Below, one piece after another: positions 37,416-51,100 of a stretch of 64,000 bases of DNA (position 1 is the first letter of the stretch; every line of letters begins with the position of its first letter). Under the pieces are notes generated by a model, which saw only the letters and a list, made by a program, of their open reading frames with translations, did no database searches and was not told where the DNA came from. A program made the translations under genes and the position numbers. The stretch is from Squalus acanthias (Eukaryota), in the NCBI GenBank assembly GCA_030390025.1, contig JASTWF010000223.1, forward strand, positions 496,001 through 560,000, given 5' to 3'.

Positions 37416-38249
37416 AATGTACCTAGAAACATATCTCTGTGTTTTTAAACTGAATTACATGTACCTATAACAATTGCGTTGAAATCAAGTCTAATAACAT
37501 TTCACTTCCCTCACTTCCAGGGATCCAAGTTCTGTTCCCACCTGGCGCGACTCCGAGCAACCCGTTGCAGCTGGGTGTGACTGGGAAACGTCACCAAGTG
37601 ATTGCTTTAAATGACAATCTGTTATTGCACATTATATCACTGCAGTGCACAAACAGGCTAGATACCAGCATTACACTGCGAACCCCTGTTCAGACATTTT
37701 TATCACGTTATTCATATTTTATTTCAGTGGTGTTATCACATTACTGTCATTGATGAATCTGTCTGATTTTTCTTCCCTTTTCTCCTGCGGATTGGCTCAA
37801 GCTGGGTTGCGGTAGTGAGGGCGCTCTAAGCCACCAGGTGCCTTGGCGTTCTATATATTTTAGTTATTTACAGTGTCATTCTTCAGTCGCTGTGGAAGAT
37901 CCGCAGTCACGTCTTTAATCTGTACATCGGGTGTGAGACAAACATTGAACTCCAACAGGTGTCCTATTGTACAAAAATACAGAAACGCTGACTATCTGTT
38001 CAAAGCCAACCCCACCACTGAACTGAAGAGCCCCAGATCATATGGGCGGATGATGAGGACAGCGAAAGTGGTCTTCTGACCGTCTCAGTACTGAACACCC
38101 CGTGAGAAAACAAAGGGGCATCAATTGATAGGCATGCCTGCAGCAATTAAATTAAATTAATTAAAACTCGCGCTAATTTTCTGCAATTCGAATTGGTCTG
38201 CATAGATATGCAAATAATTGATGACTGCTTTCAAGATCGACATGCATTT

Positions 38250-38600
38250 ATATCGTCACTTTCACGACCTCAGGACGTCAAAACGCGTTTTAAGCCAATG
38301 AAGTACTTTTGAAATGTAGTCACTGTTGTAATGTGGGAAACGTGGCTGCCAATTTACACACAGCAAGCTCCCACAAACAGCAATGTGATAACGACCAGAT
38401 AATCTGTTTTAGTGATATTGGACTGGACTGGTTGAGCCGAATGGCCGGTTTCTGTGCCGTATATCCTACGTGATTGAGGGATAAATATTGGCCAGGACAC
38501 CGGGGATAATTCCCCTGCTTTTCGTCGAAATAGTCCCATGGGATCTTTTAAGTCCATCTGAGAGAGCAGACGGGGCCTCGGTTTAACGTCTCACCCGATG
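38250..38600 (-). mobile_element. Deu-type SINE fragment (a shorter piece also lies at ~35085-35200)
   Basis: aagtacttttgaaatgtagtcactgttgtaatgtgggaaac and gagggataaatattggccaggacaccgggga blocks, complementary to 47830-48110. Confidence 0.7.
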
Positions 38601-39237
38601 AATGTACTGAATCTGTGAATGATTGACTGTTGATTAATAATGAACAGGTTAACCATTTGTTGACCAATGCAGCATTCATCAATCCAACATGTCAATTAAT
38701 TGCTGAGATGATTTAATGATTTGTTTGAACGAATCGACTTATTGAAGGTAAGCTAAAGGCCAACAATTCGAAATCTTGAAATAAGTGACTAGTTTATTAA
38801 TAAACCTTATTCCGGGAACACGTTAATCCCGGGCTTCTGTCCCGTTTTATAACCCCGACCATTGGTTCGATCCTTCACTGGACTTCCTCACTCGCTGCTC
38901 CTGACATCTTTCCTACAAACGCTGCTCTGTCCCTCCACAGGCAGGTTCGGGTTATTTTAATTATCATTGCACAGTCCACTCTCTTAATCCATTTGAAACG
39001 TATACAATTGTTTGAATGGATTTTGTTTCCTTATGGATCTCCATTATAAATGCAAATTATTAACTTTCATCCAACCGAGATCTCCGTTCTGTCCCACTTC
39101 CACTTTGAATTATTAGACGGTTTTCATCGCTTCAAGGAACAAAGCTGCGATCTTTGCAGAATTCCGGTCAACCTAACACTTTTAAAGGAGTTTACTCTAA
39201 TTCTTTCTCTTTCTCTCTCCTTCTTACAGTTAATTTA

Positions 39238-39813
39238 GTGGCGATTGTGATCCTGTCCCGGAGAAGGTGCGGTCTCTCCAGATGTATCACTCGGTACCTG
39301 GTGTCCATGGTGACGATTGTGATCCTGTCCCGGGGAAGGTGCGGTCTCTCCAGAAGTATCACTCGGTACCTGGTGTCCACGGTGACGATTGTGATCCTGT
39401 CCCCGGGAGGGTGCGGTCTCTCCAGATGTATCACTCGGTACCTGGTGTCCATGGTGACGATTGTGATCCTGTCCCGGGGAAGGTGCGGTCTATCCAGATA
39501 TATCACTCGGTACCTGGTGTCCATGGTGACGATTGTGATCCTGTCCCGGGGAAGGTGCGGTCTCTCCAGATGTATCACTCGGTACCTGGTGTCCATGGTG
39601 ACGATTGTGATCCTGTCCCGGGGAAGGTGCGGTCTCTCCAGATGTATCACTCGGTCCCTGGTGTCCATGGTGACGATTGTGATCCTGTCCCGGGGAAGGT
39701 GCGGTCTCTCCAGATGTATCACTCGGTATCTGGTGTCCATGGTGACGATTGTGATCCTGTCCCAGGGAAGGTGCGGTCTCTCCAGATGTATCACTCGGTA
39801 CCTGGTGTCCATG
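39238..39813 (+). repeat. Coding minisatellite, 8 x 72 bp (VTIVILSRGRCGLSRCITRYLVSM)
   Basis: Eight near-identical in-frame units counted in both DNA and translation. Confidence 0.97.
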
Positions 39814-40769
39814 GCGGTGACGGATCTCCTGGTCATTCTCACCGCTGTGATATTAAACCGGATTCCGGGTATTTATTTTCCAGGTAGTTTCCTGTCCATT
39901 ACGCCCGTATGTTGTCTCAGCATTGCGTTAATTTATGCATCCAGAGACAGTTCTGTCTGGTTAACGGTTGCTTTCACCTTCGATCGATTTGTGGCCATTT
40001 GTTGCCAGAAGCTGAAAACAAAATATTGCACCGAGGAAACGGCGGCTGCTGTTATAGGAACGATCTGTGCGCTGGGATGTCTGAAAAGCGTTCCCTGCTA
40101 TTTCAAGCATGAGCCCATGTTCACAATCAACAATGTCCCGTGGTATTGCAGACTGAAGGAAATCCGTTATACCTCATCCGTGTGGACAGCGTTTGACTGG
40201 TTCGACCGTATTTTAACCCCATGTCCCCCGTTCCTTCTGGTTTTGCTGCTCAATGCTCTGACCGTCAGACACATTCTAGCGGCCAATAGAGCCCGCAGGA
40301 GACTCCGGGCCCACAGCAATGGAGAGAATCAGAGTGACCCAGAGATGTAGAGCCGGAGAAAGTCCATCGTTTTACTCTTCGCCATCTCGGGCACTTTCAT
40401 CCTGTTGTGGATGACGTTTGTTGTACAGTTCTTTTATGAGCGATTTACAAACGATTATATAATGAAAGGCTTCAATGACCCCAAATTTATTCTACAAGAA
40501 AGCGGAAATATGCTTCAGCTGTTGAGTTCTTGCACCAACACCTTTATTTATGCAGTGACTCAGAGTAAGTTCAGAGTGGAGTTAAAGAACGCGGTCACAT
40601 ATCCACTGAATGTACTCGGTGAATTAATAAAACAATGAAAGTATGAACCTCAGGATTAATTGTGCATTATGAGAATTGTCCATGGACTGCTTCAGAGTTT
40701 GGGAAACAATGTTATTGATTTGAGGTGAATACAATAAATCTGTACGTTTGTGGGCTGGCATCAGATAAA

Positions 40770-42040
40770 ATAAGAACATAAGAAACAGGAGTAGGCCAAT
40801 CGGCCCTTCGAGCCTGCTCCGCCATTCAATAAGATCATGGCTGATCCAATCTTGGCCTCAACACCACTTTCCCGCTCTCTCCCCATACCGCGTGACTCCC
40901 TTGTACTTCAAAAGTCTGTCAATCTTCGCCTTAGATATATTCAATGACTCCGCCTCCACTGCTCTCTGGGGTAGAGAATTCCAAAGATTCACGACCCTCT
41001 GACAGAAGAAATTCCTCCTCGTCTTCGTCTTAAAGGGGCGACCCCTTATTCTGAAACTGTGCCCCCTAGTTCTAAATACCCCCACTAGGGGAAACATCCT
41101 CTCAGCATCCACCCTGTCAATCCTCCACAGAATCTTATATGTTTCAATAAGATCATCTCTCATTCTTCTAAACTCCAATGAGTATAGGCCCAACCTGCTC
41201 AACCTTTCGTCATACGTCAACCCCTTCATCCCAGGAACCAACCCAATGAAACTTCTCGGCACTGCCTCCAATGCAAGTATATCCTCCCTTAAATATGGAG
41301 ACCAGTACTCCAGGTGCGGTCTCACCAAGGCCCTGTACAACTGCAGCAGGACATCCCTGTTCCTATACTCAAACCCTTTCGCTATGAACGCCAACCAACC
41401 ATTTGCCTTCTACACCGCCTGCTGCACCTGCATGATTAACTTCAGCGACTGATGCACAAGGACACCCAGGTCTCGTTGCACTTCCCCTTCTCCCAATCTA
41501 TTGCCATTCAGAGAATAGTCTGCCTTTCTGTTTTTGACACCAAAGTGGATAACCTCGCATTTATCCACGTTATATTGCATCTGCCACGCTTCTGCCCACT
41601 CACCCAACCTGTCCAAATCATCCTGGAGTTTCTCGGTATCCTCCTCGAAGCACACACTCCCACCCAGTTTTGTGTCATCTGCAAACTTGGAGATATTACA
41701 TTTAGTTCCCTTGTCTAGATCATTAATGTATATTGTGAATAGCTGAGGTCCAAGGACCGATCCCTGCGTTGCCCCACTAGTCACTGCCTGTCACTCGGAA
41801 AAAGTCCCATTAATTTCTACTCTCTGCTTTCTGTCCGCCAACCAGTTCTCTATCCAAGTCAATACCTTGCCCCCAATCCCATGTGCCTTAACTTTACACG
41901 CTAATCTCTTATGCGGGACCTTATCGAAAACCTTTTGAAAGTCCAAATACACCACATCTACTGGTTCTCCCTTATCTATTTTCCCAGTTACATCCTCAAA
42001 AAATTCCAGTAGATTAGTCAAGCAGGATTTACCTTTTGTT
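40770..42040 (-). mobile_element. CR1 LINE RT/3' fragment
   Basis: KGKSCLTNLLEFFE, QGSVLGPQLF, KFADDTKL, RPHLEY motifs. Confidence 0.92.
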
Positions 42041-42399
42041 AGAGGACAACTAAGCACAGAAGGAGGCCATTCGGCCCATCGTGTCCGTGCTGTCTCTTTC
42101 AATGTGCTTTCTAATCAGTTGCACTCTTTAGCCAGAGCACTGTAAAAAGTCACTTCCAACTAATTATGCAATTCCCTGTCGAAAGTTACTATTGAATCTG
42201 GTTCCACCACGTTCTCAGTCAGTGCATTCCAGATATCAACAACTCACTGCATAATGAAAATTCTTTTCATCTCTCCTTGGTTCATTTGCTGATTACCTTA
42301 AACTTGTTTCCTCTGGTTACTCTGATTCTGCCACGAGAAACAGACTTACTTACTCTATCCAAACCCATCAATATTTTGAACAGCTATATTAAATCTCCC

Positions 42400-43810
42400 C
42401 GTCTGGAAAATGACAAAGATGGACAAGGTGTAAACGTACTCAATTGGGGAAAGGCTAATTTTACTAAGCTGAGATGTGACTTTACAAAAGTGGACTGGAA
42501 ACAGCTACTTGAAGGTAAATCAATGTCAGCGCAGTGGGAAGCATTTAATGAGGTGATATGTAGGTTCCAGAGAAAATATTTTCCCACAAATAAAAAGGAT
42601 GGTTCTCCCGAATCTAGATCCCCTTGGATGTCAAGGGTCAGACAGCAGAGCAGGCTGGAGGGGCCGTATGGCCTACTCCTGCTCTTATTTCTTATGTCCT
42701 TATGATTGGATAAGGAAAAAAAGCGAAGCTTTTGTCAGACATCGAGAGCTCAATACGACAGAAAGCCTACAGGAGTATAGAAAGTGCAGGGTTGAAATTG
42801 AAAAGGAATTTGGGAAAGCAAAGGGAGAAAATGAAAATATATTGGCAAGTAAAATCATGGAAAACCCAATGATATTTTATTAATACATAAAGAGCAAAAG
42901 GACAACTAAGGAAAGAGTAGGGACTATTAGAGACAAAAAAGCTAAACAATATGTGGGTGGAAGACATGAGTATGGTTCTTAATAAATACTTTGCATCTGT
43001 CTTCAAAGCAGAAGGGATGATGCAGACATTGCAGTTAAGTAGGAGGAGAGTAAAATATTAGATGAGGTAAACATAGGGAGAGAGGAAATATTAAGGTTTT
43101 AGCATCTTTGAAAGCAGATAATTCACGAGGCCCAGAAGAAGTGTATCTCAGGCTGTTAAGAGAGGCAAATATCGGAGGCTCAGACTACCCTTTACTATTC
43201 CTGTCCGTCTACTGGTGCCAGAAGACTGGAGAACTGCTAACGTTGTACCGTTTTTAAAGAGGGAGAACTGGATAGGCCAATTACAGGCCAGTCAGCTTAA
43301 CCTCGGTGTTGGAAAAAAAATTGGAATAATTCTGAGGGACAGTAAACATTGGCATTTAGAAAGGCACGGATTAATCAAGGACAGTGAGCATGGATTTGTT
43401 AAGGGAAGATCGTGTCTGAGTAACTTGATTGAATTTACCGAGGAAGGCCGATGAGGGTCGTGTATTTGATGTAGTCCACATAGATATTAGCAAGGCTTTT
43501 GACAAGGTACCACATCGCAGGTTAGTCAAAAAGTAAATGTCCATGAGATCCAAGATAGAGTGGCAAGTTGGATCCAAAATTGGCTCAGTGGCAGGAAGCA
43601 AAGGGCAAAGGTCGACGGGTGTTTTTGTGATTGGAAGGCTGCTACCAGTGGGGTTCCACAGGAGTCAGTACTAGGTCCCCTGATTTTTTGTGGTATATAT
43701 CAATGATTTATACTTCAATGTTGAGGCCATGATTAAGACGTTTGCAGATGATACAAAAATTGACCGTGGTTGATAGTGAAGAAGAAAGCTGTAGACTTCA
43801 GGAAGATATC
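42400..43810 (+). mobile_element. Degraded CR1 ORF2 fragment
   Basis: LNWGKANF, PEDWRTANVVP, HGFVKGRSCL and tttgcagatgatacaaaa motifs. Confidence 0.85.
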
Positions 43811-43811
43811 A

Positions 43812-46166
43812 CCTGTCACATAGGCATTTTAAAGAGACAGGACCAGTCACACAGATCTTTTTAAGAGAAAAGACAAGTAAACAGGCTGTTTAAAGAGACA
43901 TAACCAGTCACACAGGCGATTTAAAGGGTCAGGACAAGTCACAAAGGGATTTAAAGAGACATAATCAGTCACACAGGCTTTTTAAAGAGACAGGACCGGT
44001 AACACAAGCTTTTTAAAGAGACACAGACCAGTCACAGAGGCATTTTTAAGAGACATGACCAGTCACACAGGCTTTATATGGAGGCTGGAACAGTCACAAC
44101 GTCGTTCAAAGGTGACATGACGAGACACATTGTCTTTTTAAGGTATTTAAAGAGACAGGACCTGTCACACAGGCGTTTTAAAGAGACATGACCAGTCACT
44201 CACGCTTTTTAAAGAGACAGGACGACACACACAGCTTTTTAAAGAGATAGGAACAGTCACAGCGACATTTACAGTGATAGGAATTGTCACACAGGTTTTT
44301 TTTAAGAGACAAGACCAGTGACAAATGGTTTTGAAAGATAAAGACCAGTCACACAGGCTTTCTCAAGAGATTAGGCCTGTCACACAGGCTTTTTAAAGAG
44401 ACAGGACTAGTCACACGGGTGTTTTAAAGAGACAGGACCAGTCACAAGCTTTTTAAAGAGACAGGACTTGTCACACGGGTGTTTTAAAGAGACAGGACCA
44501 GTCACGAAGGTTATTTAAAGAGACACAATAAGTAACACAGACTTTTTATAGAGACAAAACTAGACACACAGGCTTTTTAAGAGGTAGGAGCAGTCACACA
44601 TGCTATGTAAAGAGACAGAACCTGTCACACAGGAATTTATAGACAGTCCCAGTCACACAGGCTTTTTAAAGCGACAGAACAGTCACAAATTCATTTTAAA
44701 GAGACAGGCCAATCACAAAGGAGAATTAAAGAGACACGAGCAGTCACACAGGATGTTAAAGAGACAGGACAAGTCACAGAGACGTTTTAATGAGACTGGC
44801 CCAGTCACACAGGCTTTTAAAGAGACAGGACCAGTCACAATGGCTTTGTAAAGTGTCAGGATCAGCCACACAGTCTTTTTAAAGAGACAGGATCAGTCCC
44901 ACAGGCTTTCTAAAAAGACAAGCCCAGTCACATAGGTATTTTAAAGAGACAGGACCAGTCACTCAGACTTTTTAAAGAGACAGGGCCATTCACACTGGCT
45001 TTTTAAAGAGACAGGACGAGACACACATACGTTTTAAAGAAGCAAACCAGTCGCACAGGCATTTTAAAGAGACAGGACCAGTCACAGTGGCTTTTTAAAG
45101 AGTCAACATCAGACATGCCGACTTTTTAAAGACATCGGACCAGTCACAATTTCTTTTTAAAATGTCAGGATCAGTTGCACAGGCTTTTTAATGAGATAGA
45201 ACCAGTCACAAATGCTTTTTCTAGAGACAGGACCAGACACACATGTTTTTTTAAATGGACAGGAGAAGTCACACAGCTTTTGAAACAGACAGGACTAGTC
45301 ACACAGGATTTTTGAAGAGACAGGACCCGTCACACAGGCTTTTTAAGAGACAGGACCAGTCACAATGCCATTTTAAAGTGGCAGCATCAATCATGCCAGC
45401 TTTCTAATGAGACAGAATCAGTCAGAATTGCTGTGTAAAGAGTCACGTCCAGTCACAATCTTTGTGTAACATGACAGGATCTGTCACACAGACTTCTTCA
45501 AAAGGTAGGATCAGTCAAACGGGCTTATTAAAGAAAAAAGAGGAGCCGCACAGGCAGGACCAGATAAACAGGCTATTTAAAGAGCCAGAACTAGACACAC
45601 AGACTTTTTAAAGAGAAAGGACCAGTCACACAGACAGTTTAAAGAGACAGAACGTGTCACAATGGTTTTTAAAGAGTCAGGATCAGTCACAAAGGCCTTT
45701 TAAGGGTACAGAGCGAATCAGACAGGCTTTTTAAAGACGCAGGACCTGTCACGCTGGCTTTCTAAAGAGACAGAGCCAATCACACAGACTTTAAAGAGTC
45801 AGGAACAGACACACAGGCTTTTTCAAGATTCAAGACTAGCCACACAGTCTTCTCAAAGAGACAGGGCCAGTCACAAAGGCTTTTTAAAGAAATACGACTG
45901 GTCAGACAGGCTTTTTAAAGTGACTTGACCAGACACACAGGCTTTTTGAAGAGACATGAATAGACACAAAGGGTTTTTAAAGAGACAGAACCGGATACAC
46001 AGACATTTTAAAGAGTCAGGACCAGTCACACAGTCTTTTAAAAAAAGACAGGACCAGTTACACAGGCTTTTCAAAACGACAGGCCCTGCCACACATGCAT
46101 TTAAAAGAGCCAGGAGAATTCACACAGGCTTTTCAAAGAGACAGGCCCTGCCACACAGGCATTTAA
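43812..46166. repeat. Degenerate ~31-bp satellite, roughly 75 copies
   Basis: Consensus aaagagacaggaccagtcacacaggcttttt, with many substitutions. Confidence 0.92.
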
Positions 46167-47339
46167 GATTAAAAATGCTGCAAACGAAGGGCCTAGAAAT
46201 TCCTCTCAGACGACGGCACAAAACAGACGGATTCGGATCGGAAATTTGGGGCCCCCATATCATTCCTTACAGATTATTAGATCATTATTGTCCGTTCACA
46301 GATTCTAATCTTGTCCTGAATATGACCCCTTAGAACCTGCGTATTTTGCAGACTCTTAGTTTTGATATTTTTAATTGAACTTAATTTTGAGGAATGATCT
46401 GTCTTTTATTAATTTTTTTGATTCATTCCCGGAATGTGGGCATCGCTGTCAAGGCAATAAAATCCCTAATTGCCATTGAGAAGGGCAATTTCAGAGGCCA
46501 GTTAAGAGTACCACATATGTGCAGACCCAGGTAAGGACGGCAGGTTACCGTCCCTAAAGGGACATTAGTGAACCAGTTGGCTTTTTTTGACAATCCGGTA
46601 ATTTCATGGTCACCATTAACGATATTAGATTGTTGATCCCAAATGTATTTAATTAACTGAATATAAATTCCTCAGCGGTCGTGGTGGGGTTTAAACTCAG
46701 GTCTCACGAATTATGAATCCAAACCTCTGGATTACTCGTCCAGTAACACAACCACGAAGCTAACGTACCCGGTGTCTACAGATATTAATCCATATCACTC
46801 TTGACTTGTGCCTTGTAGGTGTTGGAGATGCTTTCGGGAGTCAGGAGGTGAGTTTCTCACCGCAGAAAACCCAGCCTCTGAACTGCTGTCGTAGCCACGG
46901 CATTTATGTGGTATCTCCATTTGATTTTCTCATCAATGGCGAACCCGTGGAATTTGATGGTGGAGGAATCGGTGCTGGAAATGCCATTGACTGTCAAGTG
47001 GAGGAGGTTAGACTCCCTCTTGTTGGAGGTGGTCATCGGCTGCCACTGGTGAGGAGAGAAATTACCATAATGACACCAGGGATGAGGGTTTTCAGTTATG
47101 TGGAGAGAATGGAGAAGCTGGGATTGCTCTCCTTTGAGCAGAGAAGGTTAGGGTGAGATTGAATTGAAGTGTTCAAAATGATGAGGCTTTTGATACAGTA
47201 AGTAAGCACGAATTGTTTCCACTGGCTGACATGTCATGACCAAAAGGACGAACTTTCTTCACGCAGTGAGATGATCTGGAATGTACCGTCTGAAAGGCTG
47301 GTGGAAGAAGATTCAATAGGCCCAGGTCACAGCACATTC

Positions 47340-48110
47340 GCATCTGAGTCAGAAGGTTGTGGGTTCAAGCCCCACTCGAGTGACGTGAGTAAACCAATCT
47401 AGTCTGACACTCCAATGCAGTTCTTTTTGATTGCAGCACTGTCAGAGGGGCCGGTATGATGGAGCGCTGCACTGTTGGAGGGACAGTACAGAGGGAGCGC
47501 TTCACTGTCGGAGAGGCACTACTGAGGGAGCGCTGCAGTGTCACAGGAGCTGAACTGAGGGAGCGCTGCACTGCCGGAGGGGCAGTACTGAGGGAGCGCT
47601 GCACTGTCGGAGGTGCAGTACTGAGGGAGCGCTGCAGTGTCGGAGGGTCAGTACTGAGGGAGCGCTGCACTGTCGGAGGTGCAGTACTGAGGGAGCGCCG
47701 CACTGTCGGAGGGACAGTACTGAGGGAGAGCTGCACTGTCGGAGGGTCAGTACTGAGGGAGCACTGCACTGTTGGAGGGACGGTACTGAGGGAAAACTGT
47801 ATTGTTGGAGGGGTAATCATTCGGATGTGCCATTAAACCTCCTCTCTCTCAGGTGAATGTAAACGATCCCAAGGCACTATTCGAAGAAGAGCAGTAGAGT
47901 TATCCTCAGTTTTCTGGCCAATATTTATCTCAATCAGCATCACTAAAACAGATGATCTGGTCATTATTACATTGCTGTGCACAAACTGGCTGCCGCTTTT
48001 AAAACAGTACAACAATAACTACACTTCAAAAGTTATTTATTGGCTGTAAGTCGCTTTGTGTCATCCCAAGGTCGTGAAAGACGCTTTATCAATGCAAGTC
48101 TTTCTTTCCT
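47340..48110 (+). mobile_element. tRNA-derived Deu-type SINE with an internal 33-bp minisatellite expansion (~47430-47815)
   Basis: B-box-like gggttcaagccc; about 11 copies of actgagggagcgctgcactgtcggaggggcagt; Deu-like body and ctttcttt tail. Confidence 0.75.
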
Positions 48111-51100
48111 TCTCAAGAGTAAATTTCAAAAGTTAACTGGATATAACGTTGAAAAGGAGAAATTTTCAGGGCTGTTGGGAAATGGCTGAAATGTTCACTG
48201 CCATTCACGGCTGGATATGATAGCTTTGAAATTATCTGATCTGTTGGTGTGGGATCGCTTGGCTCTGTCCAACTGCCTCCAACTGGGTACGATGTTAGCG
48301 GCACATGATGGGAGGGAGGGTGTCCTCAGTGTTGAAAAATTTGGATCACATGTCACGCACAGATTAACCAAAGGATCTTAGGAGTTGTAAGGCTTTATAT
48401 TAGAGAGCTACAGTTTAAGTATAATCAGATACCAATACCTGCGATTTAAATATATACAGTAGACATACAACCCATGACAGATGAGGTCGATCTACGGCCC
48501 TGGAACGGAACGAAACGACCGGATGGACGGACGGACGGTGGGGCAGTTTGGTGGTCTCGGATTGGATGGATTCCTCTAGTCTGTGACAGCGGTAACTTCC
48601 ATTTGGTCGTCACACTAGCTGTTCGAGGTGTTAGGCCTTCAGCCAGCATTGAGCCACCTCAGAGGCAGAACTTGAACAAGGCTTTAGGCCGTAGCCACCT
48701 CGGGGAAGCCTTCGCCCTAGCTGTCTGTTTTCCTCTCTCGGTCGCCTGTTTTCATACCTTATTTCGATGGGCTGGTGGATACCTGGTGTCAATCATTTTG
48801 ACCCATCCCATTGTCCAATTGCAAGGGAGAGGGTACCTCTGACAGCCCCCTTCCAGCCTCATGAGGTCATTGTACTCCTTATCTCTGTTCCGAAGGTCTT
48901 GTTGGCTTCTCATAGACAAATTGTTTACCTACAGCTCCTTGCTGCATCCCTTATCAGGCCTAGTTATGACCACTCGAAGGCCTGCTTTTGTGTTCTGACA
49001 TCGTAATTCAGCTCTCTGTGCAACTCATTTTCTAACATGACTGGAATATTTCTGTGCCATCAAGTTAAACAAACTGCTGATCTAGGGAACCCAAAACAGA
49101 ATATTATTTCTTTCAATACACGATTTCTTACAATGTGATGGCGAGACTTATACTCCACACATATTGAGCAGTGGTCAGTCCTATCAATATCATCATGGAC
49201 ACATGCTTATGCAATAGGTAGATTGGTGAGGCGAGGTCAAGCAGGCTATTCTCTACTGTTGGTTCTCCCAGCACCTGCTGCTGTGTTCTTCAGGGCTCGG
49301 TTAATGATGGTACTTCCGAATCACTCTTGGTGATGGACATTGAAGTTTCCCCCTCCACACCCAGCGTATATTTTGTGCTCTTTCTGCTCTCGGTGATCCC
49401 ATCAACTGGTGTTCAGCATGAAGATGTGCCGATTATATAGGATTACATCGGATATACGGCACAGAAACAGGCCATTCGGGCCAACCAGTCCATGCCGGTG
49501 TTTATGCTCCACTCGAGCCGCCTCCGCTATTTCCTCATCTAAATCTATCTGCATAACCCTCTATTCCCTGCTCCCTCATATGCTTTTCTAGCGTCCGCTT
49601 AAATGCATCTATATAATTAGTTTAAACCACTCCCTGTGATAGCGATTTCCACATTCTCACCACTCTTTGGGTAAAGACGTTTCTGCTGAATTCCCTGTTG
49701 GATTTATTGGTGACTATCTTATATTGATTGCCGACATAAGAACATAAGAAATAAGAGCAGGAGTAGGCCAGTCGGACCTTCGAGCCTGCACCGGCCTCTA
49801 GTTATGCTCTTCCCCACAAGTGGAAACATTCTCTCTGTATCTACTCTATCAAAACCTTTCATAATTTTAAAGATCTCTATTAGTTCGCCCCTCAGCCTTC
49901 TTATACAAAGAGAAAAGTGACACAGCCTGTTGATCCTCTCCTGATAGGTGTACCCTCGCATCATACCCTCGATTTATCAGCTAGGGAGGTCGGTAGATGA
50001 TAATCAGCAGAACGTTACCTTGTTCATTTCTGACCGGTCGCCATGAGACTTCATTATGTCCTCAGTCAATGTTGAGAACTCGCAGGATCTCTCCCACCCG
50101 ACTGTATACCCCCGTGCCCCTACCTCTGGGGGGTCTGTCCTGATGGTGGACCAGGACATACCCTGAGATGGTGATGTAGGAGTCGGGAATGTTAACTGAC
50201 AGTTATGATTCTCCAAGTATGACTATGCGAGAACAGTGTAATCTAGGCGGCCCTGGGAATGAAATTCCTGGATTGAGACGGGAGCAGTGAAATCTTGGCG
50301 GCTGAATGAATGCAATTCCTGGATTGAGGCGGAAGCAGTGCCATGTAGGCATTTCCAACATTCTATAACCGGGGTCATCTCTAAGCTCCTGCCGTTTAGA
50401 AACATTTATTGATTGTGACTGTTTTTACCCTAATGGGCTCGGAAGGAATACATCAGAGAACAATTTTGGGGCATTCCATCATTTTTTCTTATTTTATCCC
50501 TTCCCTTTTTCTGTCACTTTCTCGTCTTTTGTTCTCAGTATGAGTTCCATACAGGAAGAGAAATTGCGTTCTCACTGTTCTTTCCACGTTAATTTATGGG
50601 CGGATGAAATATCCACTAATCATTCATTTCCAGTCACTGTCTCATTTCACACCATTTCCAGTGCTGCATTAGTTACACTGCTTCTGATGATTAGAATCGG
50701 ATTACAAGGATAATTTACATTTCACTAAATGTTCATTCAGCCAGATTTGAATACATTAATATTCTATCTTTGTGTTGAATTTACAATTGGATCCCATGCC
50801 CGTCTGTCACATTTCAGTTGATCTCTCAGTGAGACCCAGTGTGATTATTGCTTCTTGCTGTACTTCAGGATAAACAATCGCAGCTGATTGCAATTGAAGT
50901 ACTGAAGATAAGAAAACAGCTTCAGATTTCCCGTCTAATATTCTCTGCACAAGTGGAAACCAACAGGTGAATAAGTGCAAAGATAAATCTTTTCCAGTTC
51001 CGTTCAGATACTTTAAATAACCGTTCGGCGGCATTTTGCCTGTGGGATGAGTCATCTGATTTCGATGCCAATAAATGCGTTTAGTGGGACATTACCTGGT

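Larger units (their letters stand above)
36200..40638 (+). pseudogene. GPR139/GPR142-like GPCR (GPCR-B): exon 1 36200-36269, exon 2 39230-40638; 8 copies of the 72-bp unit; premature TAG at 40348-40350
   Basis: MHAPPRGLVYAIYYTALAAIAVP G|gtaaag...cttacag|TT AAT TTA GTG (phase-1 intron). DRF motif present. DPEM*SRRKS is GAG>TAG relative to DPEMESR in both paralogs, and the frame continues to LLSSCTNTFIY and TGA. Confidence 0.88.

Noticed and set aside
39192-39887. Antisense and alternative-frame repeat ORFs over GPCR-B
   Set aside because: They are open only because the 72-bp unit has no stops in those frames.
44600-46333. Short ORFs in the 31-bp satellite
   Set aside because: Chance frames in degenerate tandem repeat.
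48292-49132. Possible solo LTR (TG...CA)
   Set aside because: No clear 4-6 bp TSD, PBS or second copy in the window.
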